Origin: Lophium mytilinum
Taxonomy: Eukaryota
Assembly (NCBI GenBank): GCA_010093605.1
Contig: MU004183.1
Coordinates: 620,001-684,000 of the forward strand
DNA: 64,000 nucleotides
Reading direction: 5' to 3'
Positions within the stretch are counted from its first letter, which is position 1, and each line of letters begins with the position of its first letter. Under the pieces are notes generated by a model. The model did not search any database, was not told the DNA's origin, and saw only the letters and a list, made by a program, of their open reading frames with translations. Made by a program: the position numbers and the translations under genes. Of this stretch, positions 60,324-64,000 are shown in pieces.

Positions 60324-62144
60324 ATGCCCGACAAGCCTCTGACAATCGCAACATATGCTGCCGGAGCATCCCTCGCTGCCATCACTCTGGTCTATGTCTT
60401 TGGGCCTACCTACTTCCTGAACGATGATTCCTCGAATTCCCGCAAGAAGGGCGTTGTCGGCCTTAGTAACTCCGCGAACGACTGCTTTATAAACTCAACG
60501 CTGCAAGCGCTGGCAGGGCTGGGAGACCTGAGGTTGTATCTGATACGGGAGACGTATCGGCGGAAGCTGGACGGGCCAGACGTATATCTAGTCGACCGGG
60601 AAAAAGTCTCACATGAGAAGGGCGCTGTGAAACCATGGAAGCTGGAGGGACTACAAAAAGGCATTGTGACATATGCGCTCAAGGACATTCTAGATAGCCT
60701 TAATGAGAGGCCCATATACAAGAAGACCATATCCCCAGGACCCTTTATAAGAGCCTTGGAGCTAGCCTTTCGAACGCGGATCAGCCGGCAGCAGCAAGAT
60801 GCACAGGAATTTCTTCAAATTGTCACCGAGAGGCTTTGCGAGGAATATCACGCTGGAAGAAAAGCACGACGGAACTCTAGGAGAATAGATGTCCCCTTAA
60901 CAGACGCGCAGGCCGCGCTCGAGATATCTCAAGATGCTGACTCTGCGGAGATAGCGCTCGACGAAGTACTAGGCGAAAAAGAAGAAGCCACAGAAGCACC
61001 GGAAGAGGTAGAAGAGGAGAACAGCAGTGAGGAGGGCTTTCCTTTCGAGGGAAAGATTGATTCTCAAATCGAGTGTCTTACTTGCGGCTTCAAGCCCAAA
61101 CCCACAGTCTCGACATTCGTTACGCTAACGTTAAACGTCCCCCAGAGCTCCTCAACATCTTTAAACACTTGTTTTGACGGGATGTTGAAGATCGAGCACA
61201 TCGACGACTTCAAATGCGAGTATTGCCGGTTAGAGCATGCCCTCCGAAGCAAAGACCAAGAACTATCCCGTGCCAAAACCCCCGAATCAAAATCCCGCCT
61301 CGAAGACGAGATGGCCAAAATCCGAGCTGCTCTCCAAGAAGACCCAGAGAAGCAACCCCCAGGCGTCGAGCTCCCCGACGCAAAGCTAGCCCCCAAGCGC
61401 CGAATAGCCCGCCACATGTACATATCTTCCTTCCCGAAAATCCTCGCCATCCACCTATCTCGCTCCATGTTCTCCGCCTCCAACTACTCTACCAAAAACA
61501 TGGCCAAAGTTGCTTTCCCGGAGACACTCCCCCTCGGCGGCATCCTAGACCAGAAGAAATACAGACTCCTCGGCGTGGTAACGCACAAAGGCAGCCACAA
61601 CAGCGGCCACTACGAGTCCTTCCGCCGCCAGGTCACTGCCGCGCCCTACTCAACACCGCACTCATTCGGCGCAGAAGGCGCATACAGCATCCAAGGCAGC
61701 CCGAATCCCTCCGCCGTCCAGAGCCCGCGCATATCCACCTTCAACCTCGGCAGCACGAGTGGGCGTCCCTCCATGAGCTCCACCCTCCCCTCCCCCGCTC
61801 TCGGCTCCCCCTCCACGTCCTCCCTCTCCTCAGGCTCCTCCCTAGGCTCGACCCGTGGGCCCGCACCCACCTCCGCGCCGCGCGACGACACCCTGCAGCC
61901 GGTCGTCGAGTTCCCCGCGTCCTCGCGCCCCCGCACATCCCGCTCGCTCAAGTCCATGGCCCCGTCCATGACGGACGTGAAGCGGTTCAAGCGCCGGCCG
62001 AAGCGCATGGACAACCGCTGGTGGCGCATCAGCGACGACAAGATCAAGGAGAGTCGCACGAGCGACGTGCTGGCGATGCAGAAGGAGGTTTATCTCTTGT
62101 TCTACGAGCTGGAACGGCCGCTGCCTGGGGAGGAAGATGCGTAG
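60324..62144 (+). CDS. UBP16: Ubiquitin-specific protease, Ubp16/USP30-like, N-terminal TM anchor
   Basis: TM AAGASLAAITLVYVFGP; Cys box GLSNSANDCFINSTLQAL; QQDAQEFL; His box GVVTHKGSHNSGHYESFR; WWRISDD..VYLLFYE. Confidence 0.88.
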   Translation: MPDKPLTIATYAAGASLAAITLVYVFGPTYFLNDDSSNSRKKGVVGLSNSANDCFINSTLQALAGLGDLRLYLIRETYRRKLDGPDVYLVDREKVSHEKGAVKPWKLEGLQKGIVTYALKDILDSLNERPIYKKTISPGPFIRALELAFRTRISRQQQDAQEFLQIVTERLCEEYHAGRKARRNSRRIDVPLTDAQAALEISQDADSAEIALDEVLGEKEEATEAPEEVEEENSSEEGFPFEGKIDSQIECLTCGFKPKPTVSTFVTLTLNVPQSSSTSLNTCFDGMLKIEHIDDFKCEYCRLEHALRSKDQELSRAKTPESKSRLEDEMAKIRAALQEDPEKQPPGVELPDAKLAPKRRIARHMYISSFPKILAIHLSRSMFSASNYSTKNMAKVAFPETLPLGGILDQKKYRLLGVVTHKGSHNSGHYESFRRQVTAAPYSTPHSFGAEGAYSIQGSPNPSAVQSPRISTFNLGSTSGRPSMSSTLPSPALGSPSTSSLSSGSSLGSTRGPAPTSAPRDDTLQPVVEFPASSRPRTSRSLKSMAPSMTDVKRFKRRPKRMDNRWWRISDDKIKESRTSDVLAMQKEVYLLFYELERPLPGEEDA

Positions 62145-62503
62145 GAGGCGGCTAATCAAAAACAGACTTCTTTGTGTATATTGGGCACGGGGTGGCGTCT
62201 AGGCGTTCTTATTTGCTCCAAAATGGGTGTTTATGTTAGATGATAGATGGCCTTTTGCAAGGTGGCTCAGTTCGCGTTGTGGTGGGCGTTACAGCGTGTT
62301 TTTGGTTTTCAAGGCTTATGAGGCCACGTCAAGCGTTGGCGAGAGAGTGTAGACAAGCCGTTGGTGAGAAGCTGAGTTCGAGGGAATGGAATTTAGTAAC
62401 CCGGATATCATACTGCCTGAGTGCTGTCTTTATAGGCCAGAAGCCACTGATAGGAGCCTCCCTGCCCAGACCGTCAGGTTGTGATTTGGTTCCCACCGTG
62501 TCG

Positions 62504-63060
62504 AACTTGACATCGTATCTTTGGTTTTCAACGCTCATGGGGCCACCTCAAACATTGGCGAAGAAGGGTGGAGCAGCCTTTGGTAGGATACCAAGTTCTA
62601 CGTGATAGGATATAGCAATACATATATTCAACTGCCCGATTCTCATCTTTGCAAGCTAGACGCGACTGTCAGGAAGCCCCCTACCCCTTGGTGACCGGGC
62701 CGCCAAGGGCTAACCTGACCCCCAATGCATTAAACTTGACATCGTGTCATATTCTTGAAAGCTCTCTGGGGCGCCGCAAACGCTGGCAAACGCGTGTGGA
62801 AACGTGTTTGGTGGAGACACCGAGTTCCAGGATACAGTTCAGCACACGCATATCCTACTACCTGAGTTCCATCTCTAGAAGCTACACACTACCGTCAGGA
62901 GCCCCTCTGCTCTTAGATAGCCAGTGCGTCAAAGCGTAGTCCAATTCCCACTGCTTCAAACATGACATTATGTGTTCAGTTTTCAGGACGTATTGGGGCA
63001 CCTCAAACGCTGGCGAACCAGTATGGATAGACCTTTACTAAGACACTGCAATACGGTTCA
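62504..63060. repeat. Highly degenerate tandem repeat, 3 copies, ~228-bp period
   Basis: aac(t/a)tgacat...gggg-cacc(t/g)caaac(a/g)(t/c)tggc(g/a)aa...atac.gttc recurs near 62504/62539, 62734/62768 and 62959/62995. Confidence 0.7.
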
Positions 63061-63251
63061 AGGGAAAAAAAGTAGAAGAACTATCATTGTGTCATGCTAT
63101 CGTGGCTAAAGAAAAGTAAAGAGAACCACCATAACAGGCTGGCTTCGCCGAGCCAACATTGGTATCAAGACCTCGCTTCCTATGCTTTGATTTGCAGGGT
63201 ATTGAATAACAAAGAAATAAGCACCGAAAGTAACTACGTCTCCTACATCGC

Positions 63252-63978
63252 TTAGAATCCAACTTCTGCCTCAAGCAACGCTTCGTGTGCGCCTGGAAAC
63301 AACGGCGCATCCCTAATGATTGACCGCAAGTGCTGGAACTTGCCCTCTCGGTGCCTATTGTTGTCAATTCGGACCCAAGGCTCTGTGCTCATGTCTTCCG
63401 AAAGGTAGATCTTGAGGTACGCGACCTCTGCGCCGGCCTCACGCTGAGCGGAACCATTTGTGGCGTCTTCCACCCTCTCCAGCAGCTGAGCGGCGGAATC
63501 GCAGCCTCGGAGGGCGACGGAGCCAAGAGGCGTGTGATTGTTGAAAAAGTTGATTCGAGTCTGTTCGAAAGCGTCCGTTCCTCCGGTGGGGTAGACCTGC
63601 GTTTGCTTCCCTTTGGCTTGGCTAGCCTGCCCTTTCTGCTCAGCGCGCTGGCGCTTTCGTGGTACGTCGGGTTCTTCCTGTCGTTGACGTTTCTTCTGCG
63701 CAGCTTCTTTCGTCTTCTCAGCACTCGTACCGCTCCGCAGCACAGACTTGTTGATGTTCGGAGTTGGCTCTGGTTCATCATCGGAATCATCCTCCTCGGA
63801 TTGGCTGTCGGGTTGGGGTGCAAGAGGGCCTTTGGTCGCAGCCTTTGGCCTGGCCCGTCCTCTCGCCGGCTCATCGCTTGCTCCGTTTCGCAGGGCTGAT
63901 CGATCGATGTTGGCAGTGGCTGCTGCGGTACCTCGACTCTTCTTCGCAAGCACCAGCTGACGGAGATGTTCTTTGATC
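63252..63978 (-). CDS. Last exon of hypothetical protein (5' part beyond window)
   Basis: Open frame of ~240 aa preceded by ctgac..ccatag acceptor; basic/acidic low-complexity region with NLS-like KKRQR, then a globular-looking C-terminus; no family recognised. Confidence 0.6.
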
Positions 63979-64000
63979 CTATGGAAGTCAGTATGATGCA

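Overview
Gene-dense eukaryotic (filamentous ascomycete) genomic DNA with short GT-AG introns and CTRAY branch points. Gene content and RIP-type decay suggest Pezizomycotina, possibly a Dothideomycete (inference). About 24 protein genes are present. Housekeeping genes: GGA adaptor, TSR3, a UCH37-like DUB, POM152, Sec14-like, FBXO21-like F-box, acid trehalase, YIP1, SKY1/SRPK, TOF1, 3-hydroxybutyryl-CoA dehydrogenase, ETF-QO, an SR splicing factor, 12-exon FBA1, mitoribosomal bL9 and UBP16. Accessory genes: DHCR24-like oxidase, FAD monooxygenase, GNAT, MDR reductase and three secreted proteins. Also present are a HET-domain pseudogene and a RIP-decayed 1.65-kb Tc1/mariner-type element with 36-bp TIRs and a TA target duplication. 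The most notable unexplained structure is non-coding. Two oversized introns carry long stems with G-U wobbles on the transcribed strand. There is a ~550-bp intergenic fold-back palindrome, two degenerate three-copy tandem arrays (~162 and ~228 bp), and recurrent C-rich to G-rich skew switches at gene 3' ends. The SR gene has a 6-nt microexon and a likely poison 3' splice site, and the UCH deubiquitinase carries a half Zn-cluster motif. No CRISPR array, rRNA or convincing tRNA was seen. All calls were made by eye without database searches, and exon boundaries are approximate unless stated.
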